Positions 43,924-58,188 are shown, numbered from the stretch's first letter. The stretch: 64,000 nucleotides of DNA from an uncultured Paenibacillaceae bacterium (GCA_963755735.1 CAVWLN010000021.1:9789-73788); one strand, 5' to 3'. Notes: generated by a model from the letters alone, not told the origin. Translations and numbers: made by a program.

Positions 43924-44440
43924 ATTAGCAGAGAGCATTTGATTAACAATGACATTCGAGCCCGCGAGGTTCGATTGATCGGTGCAGACGGCGAGCAAAT
44001 GGGGATTAAGCCGATTCGTGAAGCTTTACAGATGGCGATGGATGCGAATTTGGATTTGGTCGCTGTAGCGCCTCAGGCGAAACCGCCGGTTTGCCGCATT
44101 ATGGATTACGGCAAGTATCCGCTATGAATCACAGAAGAAAGAGAAGGAAGCGCGCAAGAATCAGAAGATCGTCGAGATCAAGGAAGTACGCTTCAGCGCG
44201 ACGATCGAGGAGCATGATTTTCAGACGAAGATGCGCAACGTTCTGAAGTTTCTCAAGTGACGGGGATAAGGTGAAGTGCTCCGTTCGTTTTCGCGGTCGG
44301 GAAATCACGCACGCTGAGATCGGGAAAAGAGTGTTGGAACGTGTCGCCGTAGTGGTAGCGATATTAGCGCTATCGAGCGTCATCCGAAGCTGGAAGGCCG
44401 CAATATGATTATGATCTTAGCGCCTAAAGAAGTGAAATAA
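43924..44440 (+). CDS. infC: Translation initiation factor IF-3 (ATT start; apparent indels)
   Basis: GGAGGTG then ATT; [34 protein letters not shown]. Confidence 0.93.
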
Positions 44441-44466
44441 CTAATTACGGAAGGATGAACCATTAT

Positions 44467-44666
44467 ATGCCAAAGATGAAAACTCACCGCGGTGCTGCAA
44501 AGCGCTTTAGCAAGACCGGCACAGGTAAAATAAAAAGAAATCGCGCATACAGAAGACATTTGCTTGAAGGCAAATCTCCGAACAGAAGAGGCAACTTCGC
44601 GGCGGCGCTATTATGTCGAAGGGCGACGCCAAACGAATCGAACAATTAATCACTTACGTGAAATAA
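44467..44666 (+). CDS. rpmI: 50S ribosomal protein L35 (apparent indel)
   Basis: [21 protein letters not shown]. Confidence 0.93.
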
Positions 44667-44698
44667 TCTGAATCGAAACCTTAGGAGGTAGAACTTAC

Positions 44699-45059
44699 AT
44701 GGTAAGAGTAAAGGGCGGCTACGTGACACGTCGCAGACGCAAAAGAATTTTAAAGCTCGCAAAAGGTTATTACGGTGCAAAACATAGACTGTTTAAAAAA
44801 GCGAATGAACAATTGCTGAAATCGTTCATGCTATGCATATCGCGACCGTCGTCAGAACAAGCGCAACTTCCGCAGCTTGTGGATCGTGCGCATCAATGCG
44901 GCAGCTCGCAATCAACGGATTACTTACAGCAAGATGATGCATGGTTTGAAGCTTGCTGGAGTAAACATCAATCGCAAGATGCTTGCAGACCTGGCAGTAA
45001 ATGATGAACAAGCGTTCTCGCAGCTTGCGGGTATCGCCAAGGAAAAAGTTAACGCTTAA
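44699..45059 (+). CDS. rplT: 50S ribosomal protein L20 (apparent indel ~44832)
   Basis: [23 protein letters not shown]; [10 protein letters not shown]; [13 protein letters not shown]. Confidence 0.93.
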
Positions 45060-45167
45060 TGAATTTTCTCGTGCACGCACGAAAAAGTATTGACTAGCTT
45101 TTGTGCTGTAGCATATAATAATCGTTAAACAATACAAGTCAGCATTTGCTGAATCATTGCAAGATCA

Positions 45168-45470
45168 GCTATGAAGAGGACGAAGTGATAAGGGCTCTTA
45201 TGTACCAGAGAGCAGAGGAGTTGCTGGAACCGATGCCTTAATCCCTTATTAACGAGCTCACCTCGGAGCTGTTCTCCTGAAAGGACATACGTTAAGACAT
45301 AGTGTATCGTCTTATTAGGGAGAACCGGGTTGGCGCACGTTATTCGCGCTTAAGGTGCATACATTGCACTTGATAAGGCCGTTTGCTGTGAAGCAGGCGG
45401 CGAACTAGGGTGGTACCACGGAAGAGATAACCCCTTTCGTCCCGATGATTTGACGTGATGAAAGCGTTTG
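45168..45470 (+). promoter_or_regulatory. T-box riboswitch (probable Leu CUC specifier) upstream of ilvBNC
   Basis: AGAGA/GCTG stem-I motifs, GAGCTCACC specifier region, AACTAGGGTGGTACCACG T-box. Confidence 0.88.
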
Positions 45471-45640
45471 GTAGTTGCGAAAGTGTAAGATTAGCGTTTG
45501 ATGATGTTCTTGCCGAAAGCGAGCATTGCTTAAGCATTTCTAATGCGATCGGTTAAAGCGAAAGGCTTCACGAAGTCATGGCCAATGTAATCGTCGTCTT
45601 TTGTATTCATAAAAACCTTAAGAGAAGGAGGAAGATCAAG

Positions 45641-47387
45641 ATGAGCATTCAGAGATGTGTCGGCTAGTAAGTCGCAGGAAGAATTGCACCAAAGACTGAA
45701 GCAGCCTGATGTAATTACCGGCTCCGAAATTTTGCTTCGCAGTTTGCTGTTAGAAGGTGTCGAGTGTGTGTTCGGCTATCCGGGCGGGGCAGTTCTTTAT
45801 ATTTACGATGCGATGCATGGAAACCCGGATTTCAACCATATTTTGACACGCCATGAACAAGGTGCGATCCATGCGGCTGATGGATATGCTCGTTCTACAG
45901 GCAAGGTTGGGGTATGTATCGCCACTTCCGGTCCAGGTGCGACCAATCTCGTGACAGGTATTGCTACAGCATATATGGATTCGGTACCACTGGTTGTCAT
46001 TACCGGTAATGTTGCGACTTCCTCCATCGGTACAGATGCATTCCAGGAAGCGGATATTATCGGCATCACGATGCCGATCACGAAACACAGCTATCTGGTG
46101 CGCGATGTCGGGGATTTGCCGCGAATCATTCGTGAAGCATTCCATATTGCCAATACGGGACGTAAAGGTCCGGTTCTCATCGATATTCCGAAGGATGTCT
46201 CCGAACCATAAGACGAGTTTTAAGCATCCGGAGACGATTGAGCTCGCGGCTACAAGCCGACCATTAATCCGAACAAGCTGCAGGTTGACAGGCTTGTTGC
46301 AGCGATCGAAGAGGCCGAGCGGCCAGTCATTCTTGCAGGCGGCGGCGTTGTGTATGCGGACGCAGCAGAGGAGCTTATCGAATTCGTGGAGAAAGACGCA
46401 AATTCCGGTCACGACAACCTTGCTTGGACTTAGCGGATTCCCAAGCGCGCCATGAGCTGTGGATGGGTATGCCGGGTATGCACGGTACGAAAACAGCCAA
46501 CAACGCGCTTGCAAAATGCAGATCTGCTCATTACCATCGGGGCAAGGTTTGATGACCGCGTGACGATGAAGCTGGACGGGTTTGCGCCAAAAGCGAAGAT
46601 CGCGCATATTGACGTCGATCCTGCAGAAATCGGCAAGAACGTGAAGACCGAATTCCGTGTGTAGGTGACGTTAAGGAAGTGCTGAAGCTGGTCAATCACG
46701 AAGGCGAAACCGGCGAAATCCGAAGCCTGGATTCGCAAATTCAAGAATGGAAGCGTCATATCCGCTTCGCTACAAAGATTCTGACACAGAGCTAAAGCCG
46801 CAATACGTCATCGAGATGATCAGTGAGACAACGAACGGCGAAGCCATCATCACAACAGATGTAGGCCAGCATCAAATGTGGGCGGCGCAATTTTATAAGT
46901 TCAAAAATCCGCGCTCATTGGTTACCTCAGGCGGTCTTGGCACGATGGGCTTCGGTTTTCCTTCTGCGATCGGCGCGCAAACGGCTATCCAGACAAGCTT
47001 GTCGTTTCGATCAATGGCGACGGCGGCATGCAGATGTGTTCGCAGGAGCTGGCGATTTGTGCCATCCACAACATTCCTGTTAAAATTGTCGTGATCAACA
47101 ACCAAGTGCTTGGCATGGTGCGGCAATGGCAGGAGATCATCTATGATAATCGTTATAGCCATATCGATCTGGCTGGCAGCCCGGATTTTGTCAAGCTGGC
47201 TGAAGCTTACGGTGTTAAAGGATTGCGCGCTACGAACAAAGAGGAAGCCCGCAAAGTATGGCAGGAAGCGTTGGATACGCCAGGACCGGTGCTCATTGAG
47301 TTCGTCGTTCGAAAGGAGAGAACGTCTATCCGATGGTTACGCAAGGCAATACCATCGGTGAGATGATAATGGGGGATTCGCGAATGA
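45641..47387 (+). CDS. ilvB: Acetolactate synthase large subunit (several apparent indels)
   Basis: [55 protein letters not shown]. Confidence 0.93.
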
Positions 47388-47878
47388 GAAGACAAGCATA
47401 CGATTTCTGTTCTAGTAAATAATCAGCCTGGTGTACTTCAGCGTGTATCCGGACTTGTTCGGCCGACGGGGCTTTAATATCGAAAGCATTACAATCGGCG
47501 AGTCAGAGGAACCGGGCTTGTCCACGCATGGTCATCGTGACTACTGGCGATGAGAAGACGATGGAGCAGATCTCCAAGCAGCTGTATAAAATGATCGATG
47601 TAATCAAAGTCGTCGATTTAAGCTCCAATCCGATGGTGGCCCGTGAGCTAGCATTGATCAAGGTCGGTGCTGAGCCTGCCGATGCGCCCTGAAATTTTGG
47701 CATCGTCGAAACGTTCCGTGCCGCAGTCGTAGATATTGGACCCAATACGTTGATCGTGCAAGTTGTCGGGGATACGGATAAAATCGATGCCATGGTTGAA
47801 TTGCTGAAGCCATATGGCATCAGGGAATTAACGCGCACAGGCGTGACCGCGATGATACGCGGGATGAATTTGAAGTAA
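47384..47878 (+). CDS. ilvN: Acetolactate synthase small subunit (apparent indels)
   Basis: [46 protein letters not shown]. Confidence 0.88.
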
Positions 47879-47968
47879 GATATAGGTTATGGTGTTCAGC
47901 GGATTTACATTACGAACAAGTTACATCTATTGAAACGCCCATAAGGGAGTTCTCCCTACATATTCTAA

Positions 47969-48975
<1,007 letters not shown>

Positions 48976-49034
48976 GCAAAGCCTCTTGATTTGCCATGAA
49001 CAGTGCGTTACAATGAATGAAATAAATTCGAAAT

Positions 49035-51043
<2,009 letters not shown>

Positions 51044-51098
51044 GATAATGAATCAGTAGTGTGAATATTTGCTTTGCATATTTGGAGGAGTGAACAAA

Positions 51099-52175
51099 GT
51101 GACAGAAGTGAAAAAAATCGCAGTGATTGCCGGTGACGGCATTGGTCCAGAAGTAGTTGATGAAGCGATCAAAGTATTGCGCAAAGTAGAACAAGTGTAT
51201 GGGCATCGTTTCGAATTTGAACACGGCCTGTTCGGAGGCATTGCAATTGATGAGAAAGGAACGCCGCTGCCGGACGAAACGCTGGCTATGTGCCGCAACG
51301 CAGATGCCGTACTGCTTGGCGCAGTTGGCGGTCCAAAATGGGACCACAATCCGAAGGAAACACGTCCAGAGACGGGACTGCTTGGCATCCGCAAGGCGTT
51401 AGGCCTATTCTCTAACCTTCGGCCAGCTATTGTATTCGACTGCCTGAAGGAAGCTTCTACACTTAAGCCGGAAGTGCTGGAAGGAACTGACCTGATGGTC
51501 GTTCGTGAACTTACTGGCGGCATCTACTTTGGGGATAAGTTCCGCCGCGAGGGTGAGAACGGCGAAGAAGCGGTCGATACTTGCGTTTACAGCGTTCCAG
51601 AAGTGGAGCGTATCGTCCGACAAGCGTTTGAAATTGCACAGAAACGCCGCAAGAAGCTCGCTTCTGTAGATAAGGCGAACGTGCTGGAAACTTCTCGTCT
51701 GTGGCGGGAGACGGTCGAACGCATTGCACCGGAATACCCGGACGTTGAACTGGAGCACGTGCTAGTTGATAACTGCGCGATGCAGCTGCTGCGTCGTCCG
51801 TCCAGCTTTGACGTAATCGTTACGGAAAATATGTTCGGCGATATTTTGAGCGATGAAGCTGCGATGCTGACCGGCTCGATCGGTATGCTGGCATCCGCTT
51901 CACTGGGCGAAGGCAGCTTCGGGCTATATGAGCCTGTGCATGGCTCTGCCCCGGATATTGCAGGACAAGGCATCGCCAACCCGATTGCGACCATCTTGTC
52001 CGCGGCAATGATGCTTCGTTATACGTTCAATTACAATGAGGCAGCAGATGCCATCGAAAGAGCAGTCAAAGAAGTGTTAGATGCCGGTTATCGTACGGCA
52101 GATCTTGCAGCCAATTCCAGCGAAGCGCTCAGCACGGAGCAAATGGGTCAAAAAATCGTTGAGCTTATCAAATAA
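51099..52175 (+). CDS. leuB: 3-isopropylmalate dehydrogenase
   Basis: [45 protein letters not shown]. Confidence 0.95.
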   Translation: MTEVKKIAVIAGDGIGPEVVDEAIKVLRKVEQVYGHRFEFEHGLFGGIAIDEKGTPLPDETLAMCRNADAVLLGAVGGPKWDHNPKETRPETGLLGIRKALGLFSNLRPAIVFDCLKEASTLKPEVLEGTDLMVVRELTGGIYFGDKFRREGENGEEAVDTCVYSVPEVERIVRQAFEIAQKRRKKLASVDKANVLETSRLWRETVERIAPEYPDVELEHVLVDNCAMQLLRRPSSFDVIVTENMFGDILSDEAAMLTGSIGMLASASLGEGSFGLYEPVHGSAPDIAGQGIANPIATILSAAMMLRYTFNYNEAADAIERAVKEVLDAGYRTADLAANSSEALSTEQMGQKIVELIK

Positions 52176-52199
52176 ATCGGATACATTACCCGACCGTTC

Positions 52200-52228
52200 T
52201 TGACTCATGAATAAACAAATAGTACCAT
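52200..52228 (+). promoter_or_regulatory. Putative sigma-A promoter of gcvH
   Basis: TTGACT-N17-TACCAT. Confidence 0.5.
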
Positions 52229-52353
52229 CTTAATATGGAAAAGTTTTCCCGATCCCCAGCGTTCCAACGTTGGGTGCACGCGGGTGAGGGAGAATTCGCT
52301 ATAGGCGTTCCAGTAACATGACATTTACGAATGATGCAGGAAGGAGTAGCCGA

Positions 52354-52734
52354 ATGAAGGTACCTGCTGAACTGAAATATAGTGAACACCATGAATGGGT
52401 CCGCGTCGATGGAAATCGCGCGGTGATCGGCATCACGGAATTTGCGCAAGAAGAACTTGGGGATATCGTGTTCGTGGAGCTGCCAAGCGTCGGCGATTCC
52501 ATACAATCCGGAGAACCCTTCGGCAGTCTGGAATCCGTCAAAACCGTATCGGAGCTGTATGCCCCGGTTAGCGGCAAGGTCGTTGAAACGAACAGCTCTC
52601 TCGAAGAGTCTCCAAACAAGGTGAATACATCTCCATATGATGATGGATGGTTGATCGCAATCGAGTTGGAAGATGCGTCCGAACTCGATAAGCTTTGGTC
52701 TGCGGACAAGTATCAGGATACGTACAGCGAGTAG
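52354..52734 (+). CDS. gcvH: Glycine cleavage system H protein
   Basis: [28 protein letters not shown], lipoyl-Lys motif ESVKTVS. Confidence 0.95.
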   Translation: MKVPAELKYSEHHEWVRVDGNRAVIGITEFAQEELGDIVFVELPSVGDSIQSGEPFGSLESVKTVSELYAPVSGKVVETNSSLEESPNKVNTSPYDDGWLIAIELEDASELDKLWSADKYQDTYSE

Positions 52735-52759
52735 TCGTCATCGAATACACCCACAGTTC

Positions 52760-52803
52760 AAGCTGCCCCCGGCTTTTTGTGTCAGCCGTTCGGGCAGCTT
52801 TGT
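52760..52803 (+). terminator. Terminator after gcvH
   Basis: AAGCTGCCC...GGGCAGCTTTT. Confidence 0.65.
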
Positions 52804-52976
52804 TATTGCTCATCACCTGTTCACTTACCGAAAATTAAGCAAAAAATAACTTGCTTCTTGACGAACGGTCAAGGATAATAATGAAAGATTTTCAACAGCC
52901 ATCTTGTTCGTGCGCATTTCGTGCGTGACAGGATCAGTATATAGAAAGACTTGATACCGATTCGGGAGGAACGCTT

Positions 52977-54806
52977 ATGGAAGAACATACATCACTAACA
53001 TCGCTAATGATCGTCGTAGCTATCGCTTTCTTGATTCCCATTGTTCTGCATCAACTGCGTCTCAAAGCGCTTCCCGTAGTCGTTGCGGAAATTGTTGCCG
53101 GACTTATTATCGGGCGCAGCGGACTGAATATTATCGAGGAGGATACCTGGCTCGAGCTGCTTTCGTTGTTCGGATTTATTTATTTGATGTTCTTGAGCGG
53201 ACTGGAGATTGACTTCAGCAGCTTCAAACGCAAAAAAACTCCCGGCAAGAAGGCGCCGAATCCGCTGCTCATTTCCTTAATCGTCTTTGTCGGCATCCTC
53301 GTCTTGTCTTACGGTCTATCCGTCGGATTTGTGACTTTGGGATTCATCGGCGATCCGTACTTGATGACCATTATCATCGCCACGATCTCGCTTGGCGTTG
53401 TCATGCCGGTCTTGAAGGAGCGACAAATGATCGGTACGCCGTATGGGCAGACGCTGCTCTTAATTACCGTCATCTCTGATTTTGTGACGATGATCTTGCT
53501 TGCTGTGTACATCAGTGCCCTCGGCGACTCAATGAGCAGCATGGTCTTGTTGTTAGTTTTCTTTGTTGCGGTCGTTGCTATATATTTCTTGGTCAAGCGG
53601 TTCATTCGCTGGGATTTCCTCAATGCGCTGGTCAAAGGCACGGCACAGCTTGGGACTCGCGGCGTCTTCGCATTGATCTTGCTGTTCGTTGTCATGTCCG
53701 AAAATATGGGCGTGGAGAACATCCTCGGTGCGTTTCTCGCCGGTGTGATCGTCTCGCTCCTTGCCCCGAACAAAGCATTCAAGCATTCGCTTGAATCGTT
53801 CGGTTACGGATTTTTGATTCCCATCTTCTTCGTGATGACGGGCGTCAAATTGAACATTTGGGATTTGCTTAGCGACTTTCAAATCTTGCTGTTCATCCCG
53901 ATTTTGCTGATTGCGCTCTTTTTGTCGAAATTTATTCCTGTATTGATGCTCAGGGTGTGGTATGGCTGGCGGGAAACGTTCAGTGCGGGGATCTTGCTTT
54001 CCTCCACGCTTAGCCTTGTAATCGCAACGGCGACCGTCGCATTGGAGCTTGATCTCATTACGGAATCGATACACGGTGCATTAATCCTTGTGGCGATTTT
54101 ATCCTGTCTTCTCTCCCCGATCCTGTTTAATCGCTTCATGCCGCCGAAGGAATCGAAGCCGTTGAAGATCTCCATGATTGGAGCCAATCATATGACGCTC
54201 CCCGTATCGCAAGATCTGCTCAAAGAAGGCTATAATGTGGAAATTTTCAGCAGCACGCCGACAGCGGTGGAATCAAAGGAGCAGCAGTATAACCGCTTCC
54301 CGCTTACGGTGGTGCCGAAGCTGGATGCCGTGTCACTCACAGAGAAGAAGGCTTTTGAAGCGGATGTTCTGGTGTGCGGGACGATGGATGACAAGGTGAA
54401 TTTGCAAATTGCCAGATATGCCCAACAGCTAGGCATCGAACGCATTATTGTACGCCAGGAAGATCCTGTCCGCATGGCGGAAGTGGAAGAGAATGAAGGC
54501 TTCTCCGTCTTCTCAACCTTATATGCGGCGAGAACGCTGCTGCGCGGTCTCATCCAGGTTCCCGGTGCGGTTCGCCTCATTACGACCAACGATGATTCGA
54601 TTCGTGAAGTGGTCGTGCGCAATCCGGCCTATCAGAACGTTCGGCTGCGGGATATGCCCAATTTGGGTCCGGCGCTCGTGCTGCGCATTTATCGCGGCGA
54701 TTCCTTTATTATTCCGCACGGTTCCACAGAAATCTTGCTCGGCGATCGCTTGCTAGTCAGCGGCGATGCGGAGCATATCGAGCAGATGAGACGAGCGTTG
54801 GAATAA
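52977..54806 (+). CDS. CPA2 cation:proton antiporter with RCK_N/RCK_C domains (CpaA-like)
   Basis: MFLSGLEIDF, ISLGVVMPVLKE, LGAFLAG, FLIPIFF; C-terminal RIYRGDSFIIPHGST. Confidence 0.9.
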   Translation: MEEHTSLTSLMIVVAIAFLIPIVLHQLRLKALPVVVAEIVAGLIIGRSGLNIIEEDTWLELLSLFGFIYLMFLSGLEIDFSSFKRKKTPGKKAPNPLLISLIVFVGILVLSYGLSVGFVTLGFIGDPYLMTIIIATISLGVVMPVLKERQMIGTPYGQTLLLITVISDFVTMILLAVYISALGDSMSSMVLLLVFFVAVVAIYFLVKRFIRWDFLNALVKGTAQLGTRGVFALILLFVVMSENMGVENILGAFLAGVIVSLLAPNKAFKHSLESFGYGFLIPIFFVMTGVKLNIWDLLSDFQILLFIPILLIALFLSKFIPVLMLRVWYGWRETFSAGILLSSTLSLVIATATVALELDLITESIHGALILVAILSCLLSPILFNRFMPPKESKPLKISMIGANHMTLPVSQDLLKEGYNVEIFSSTPTAVESKEQQYNRFPLTVVPKLDAVSLTEKKAFEADVLVCGTMDDKVNLQIARYAQQLGIERIIVRQEDPVRMAEVEENEGFSVFSTLYAARTLLRGLIQVPGAVRLITTNDDSIREVVVRNPAYQNVRLRDMPNLGPALVLRIYRGDSFIIPHGSTEILLGDRLLVSGDAEHIEQMRRALE

Positions 54807-54955
54807 TATAGTCATCGCTCAGGTAATAATTATTAACCTGGAAAAAGAGGAATTCCTGCCGTCTATCACGAATAATGTAGTCAGTATAATAAGACGCTAT
54901 GCTTACATGTCGTTAAGGTGACTTGATATAGATGTCGATAATTGGGGGGAGTGTC

Positions 54956-55381
54956 GTGAGTTTCTGTTGCGGAGCCAGTATGATCGGAACCCGGGGAACT
55001 TTAAAACATATGCGCACGCGCATTCAAAATGTTCCTCTCCTATTCTGTCCGGTATGCCATCGGGTGGAAGTTCATTATTTGATAGAGAATGAATACGAAA
55101 TATTGGCAGAATACGCTCATGGTGACGGAGCTTCGGAGATCGACTTTGATGACTTTGTCGATCTAAAGCATACCGCCAAACTTTACGATAACTGCGTGAA
55201 TGTAGAAGACGAAGATCCGCTTGAAGTCGTCCGTACGCAAATCGATATGGCACTGGATTTGCTGCCAGTGGCCAAATCTTTGTCTGATGAAGAGTGGGAA
55301 GAGCAGTTGAAGAACCGGCTGAAAGTACTCAGCAGCCGATATGCCAAATTACGCAATAAGAAGAAATTAGGCAAAATGTAA
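54956..55381 (+). CDS. Hypothetical protein with probable Zn-ribbon (CC...CPVC)
   Basis: GGGGGAG RBS; MSFCCGASM...NVPLLFCPVCH; acidic helical C-terminus. Confidence 0.65.
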   Translation: MSFCCGASMIGTRGTLKHMRTRIQNVPLLFCPVCHRVEVHYLIENEYEILAEYAHGDGASEIDFDDFVDLKHTAKLYDNCVNVEDEDPLEVVRTQIDMALDLLPVAKSLSDEEWEEQLKNRLKVLSSRYAKLRNKKKLGKM

Positions 55382-55396
55382 CGGTTATGGCAAACG

Positions 55397-55431
55397 ATAA
55401 AGGGGCGTCTCTTGAAGAGGCGCCTTTTTTC
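55397..55431 (+). terminator. Intrinsic terminator
   Basis: AAAAGGGGCGTCTCTT-G-AAGAGGCGCCTTTTTT. Confidence 0.8.
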
Positions 55432-55499
55432 ACTCTATGCTCACTTCTATCCGCACCACTCAAGCATTGCTATCACGAAGGTTTACCCGCAAGGCACAT

Positions 55500-55534
55500 A
55501 CCCCCAGAAAAACAGACGTTAGCACGATTGATAT
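55500..55534 (+). promoter_or_regulatory. Putative SigI-dependent (autoregulatory) promoter
   Basis: ACCCCCAGAA-N15-CGAT resembles the B. subtilis SigI consensus ACCCCC--AA-N15-CGAA. Confidence 0.6.
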
Positions 55535-55552
55535 AACTGTGAGGTGGAAGGG

Positions 55553-56353
55553 TTGCTGCTCATTATATTGCATAAATTTCTAGGCAGGCGCCGTTCCATG
55601 GATGAATCAGGTGCACACGAACTTCCTGTTGAAATCATGATTGCCAGAATCCAGCAAGGCGACGTCAAGCTTCGCAATCAATTTATTACCGATTATCAGC
55701 CGCTCATTGCGAAGATGGCCGGCAAGTTTTGCCGACGTTATATCGATCCGGCTCGCGACGATGAATTCAGTGTCGCACTGAGCGCATTCAATGAAGCGAT
55801 TAACCAATATTCGGAGGAGGCGGGCGGAACTTTTTTCAGTTTCGCAGAAACCGTTATTCGAAGAAGGTTAATTGATTATTTCCGTAAGGAAAGTCGGCAT
55901 AGCCGGCATGTGCCCTACAGCGCATATGATGTAGAAGATGATGACCACAATGTCGTCAATCCGATAGAAGTCAATCAGTCGATTGCGCAATACGAGAAGG
56001 AAAGACTCCGCCTCGACAGACAGCATGAGATCATGGAGTATGCAGCGCAGCTGCAGCAATTTGGCATTGACTTTCAACAATTGGTGGACATCTCGCCCAA
56101 GCACCAGGACTCGCGGCAGACGATGATTGCGATCGGCAAGTCCGTGGCGGAAAATCCGCAATGGATGAGCATGCTGCTGACCAAGAAGCTGCTGCCGATT
56201 AAGCCATTAAGTGAAGCATTCACCGTATCGCGCAAGACACTGGAACGCAATCGCAAATATATTATCGCCATTGCACTTGTGGTTAACGGGCCGTATCCGC
56301 ATTTGCAGCATTATTTGGTGATGGACGACAATCGAAAGGAGGAAAGCGAATGA
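55553..56353 (+). CDS. sigI: RNA polymerase sigma factor SigI
   Basis: DDEFSVALSAFNEAI, VIRRRLIDYFRKE, SPKHQDSR, KTLERNRKYIIA. Confidence 0.93.
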   Translation: MLLIILHKFLGRRRSMDESGAHELPVEIMIARIQQGDVKLRNQFITDYQPLIAKMAGKFCRRYIDPARDDEFSVALSAFNEAINQYSEEAGGTFFSFAETVIRRRLIDYFRKESRHSRHVPYSAYDVEDDDHNVVNPIEVNQSIAQYEKERLRLDRQHEIMEYAAQLQQFGIDFQQLVDISPKHQDSRQTMIAIGKSVAENPQWMSMLLTKKLLPIKPLSEAFTVSRKTLERNRKYIIAIALVVNGPYPHLQHYLVMDDNRKEESE

Positions 56354-58188
56354 GCAAGGGGATCGTCATGAAGATGAGCGAACGATTTGCGATTGTCATG
56401 ACTCGCGACGGTCGATTTGTCAAAGTAAAGTCAAATCCTGCCTATCAGATCGGGGAAGAAATCGCAATCCCGCAAACCATTTGGCCGACAGGCACGAAGT
56501 GGATCGTGTCAGCCGCTGCCGCAATCCTGCTCTGTATTATTGCGCTTTCCGCCTTGTCTGGAGCGTTGCGATTCGGAGGACAGACGATGACAGCGGTCGC
56601 CTATGTTTCGATCGATATTAATCCGAGTGTGGAGCTTGGCCTGAACCGTCGTTCCATCGTCGTGGAAGCGAACGGCTTGAATGAAGCAGGGCAACAATTG
56701 CTACAGGAAACGGATGTCATCGGTCGCCATGTGGAAGCGGCGACGGCAGAGCTGATCAAGCAGGCCGGCCCGTACATTGTACAATACATGGCGAACGGTT
56801 TCGGTGAAATATTGATCGCCAGCACTTTCATGGATGAAGATGGCGCAATGGATGAAGAGCTACTGAAGCAAAATTTACTTACCATTATTGATAGAACGAT
56901 TATGGAGCTTTATGCGGATGGTTCAGACGTGGCGACAGATGGCACGAATGTGAATATTGAGGAAGGCGGCAATCGTTCCGACGCTCTACCTGATGACCTT
57001 GTCCGTAATCCGGATAAGGAAGAGACGAAGGAGCAGAAGCCGGTTCGCATTACGGCGATTACTGTGCCGAACGATGTTCGCAATGATGCGAAAGAGAAAG
57101 GCATTTCAGCAGGTAAGCTGGCGGTAGGGCTGATCATCTCTGGTAAAACCGGTCACTCTATATCGCTCGATGATGTAGGCGGCCAATCGATATCGCAGCT
57201 AGCAGAGCAATTTGGCGGCCTGGAAGTTCTCATGAGCGTGGATCATGAGGCGTTGCGATCTGAAATAGAGCAACTGTTTGCGCAGAGCCGCAAAGGGAAG
57301 AGTGACATCGGCCTGGAGAACGTTACGGAAAAACAGTCGAGCCGCGAAACATGGGTCGATCAACGGCGACAGGAGCGCTGGAACTTTGGTCGCGACCATA
57401 AAGGCAAGGATCATAACGACAGAGGCCATAACAGGAGAGAAGGCGGCGCTGGAGACGGCGTAGATCGAGACGAACCCGGCAAGGGGCGCGCGGGACGGAA
57501 TGATGAACGAAGGAATTCGGAACACGGTGAACGTGGTAAGTCCGGGGTACGCGATAAGCATGGTGAGCGTGGTAAGCCCGGTGAGCGTAGTGAACGAGGA
57601 AGTTCCGATAAAAGAACAAGCGGCGATCATAAAGATAAAGGTGCAAGCAGCGAACAAGGTGGCGGCAGAGGCGCCGACAAGCGGACTGACAAGCATCACG
57701 ATAGAGGAAATCCTGGCAAAGACCAGGCTAAGGGCAAGACGAGCGGAGACCGTGCCGAGCGAGGGGGAGCGAACAAGGACAATACGGGTAGAAAGCATGG
57801 TGGAAGGGCGAATGAAGACCGCCGGAACGAAGATCGTGACGATGCCGGCAGGACGGATCGCGGTGCCGACAAAGATCATAAACCTAGAGGAAGCGCCGAT
57901 AGAGGCAACAACAGCGGTGATCAAACCGGTAAGCGCGATGCAGACAAGAAGCGGGGCGAACGAGCAGATGATGAGAAGCGGAAGTCAGAGCAAGGCAATC
58001 GGGGAAATTCGGGAGGACCAACATCTGCTTCGGTAAAGCCGGGAAAAGGTGAAGGCGGCGATCATTCATCCGATCGGGGTCTTAACCGTAAGACAGACCG
58101 TGATGAAGATCGCCGACATGACGCTCCAAGAAAGGGAGAGCAGCGAAACGATGAGCGAAACAAGGAGCGAAAATCAGAAAGACCATAA
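56350..58188 (+). CDS. rsgI: Anti-sigma-I factor RsgI with long charged low-complexity tail
   Basis: RsgI_N (KGIVM...IVMTRDGRF...IGEEI), TM, YVSIDINPS; overlaps the sigI stop codon. Confidence 0.88.
   Translation: MSKGIVMKMSERFAIVMTRDGRFVKVKSNPAYQIGEEIAIPQTIWPTGTKWIVSAAAAILLCIIALSALSGALRFGGQTMTAVAYVSIDINPSVELGLNRRSIVVEANGLNEAGQQLLQETDVIGRHVEAATAELIKQAGPYIVQYMANGFGEILIASTFMDEDGAMDEELLKQNLLTIIDRTIMELYADGSDVATDGTNVNIEEGGNRSDALPDDLVRNPDKEETKEQKPVRITAITVPNDVRNDAKEKGISAGKLAVGLIISGKTGHSISLDDVGGQSISQLAEQFGGLEVLMSVDHEALRSEIEQLFAQSRKGKSDIGLENVTEKQSSRETWVDQRRQERWNFGRDHKGKDHNDRGHNRREGGAGDGVDRDEPGKGRAGRNDERRNSEHGERGKSGVRDKHGERGKPGERSERGSSDKRTSGDHKDKGASSEQGGGRGADKRTDKHHDRGNPGKDQAKGKTSGDRAERGGANKDNTGRKHGGRANEDRRNEDRDDAGRTDRGADKDHKPRGSADRGNNSGDQTGKRDADKKRGERADDEKRKSEQGNRGNSGGPTSASVKPGKGEGGDHSSDRGLNRKTDRDEDRRHDAPRKGEQRNDERNKERKSERP

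Noticed and set aside
43924-43926. ATT start codon as a novelty
   Set aside because: Known autoregulatory feature of infC.
52229-52353. Glycine riboswitch upstream of gcvH
   Set aside because: Lacks the GGAGA...CCGAAG...CUCUCAGG core.
57199-58036. Long overlapping ORFs (241 aa minus, 178 aa plus) in rsgI
   Set aside because: Expected by-products of low-complexity codon usage; no RBS or family motifs.
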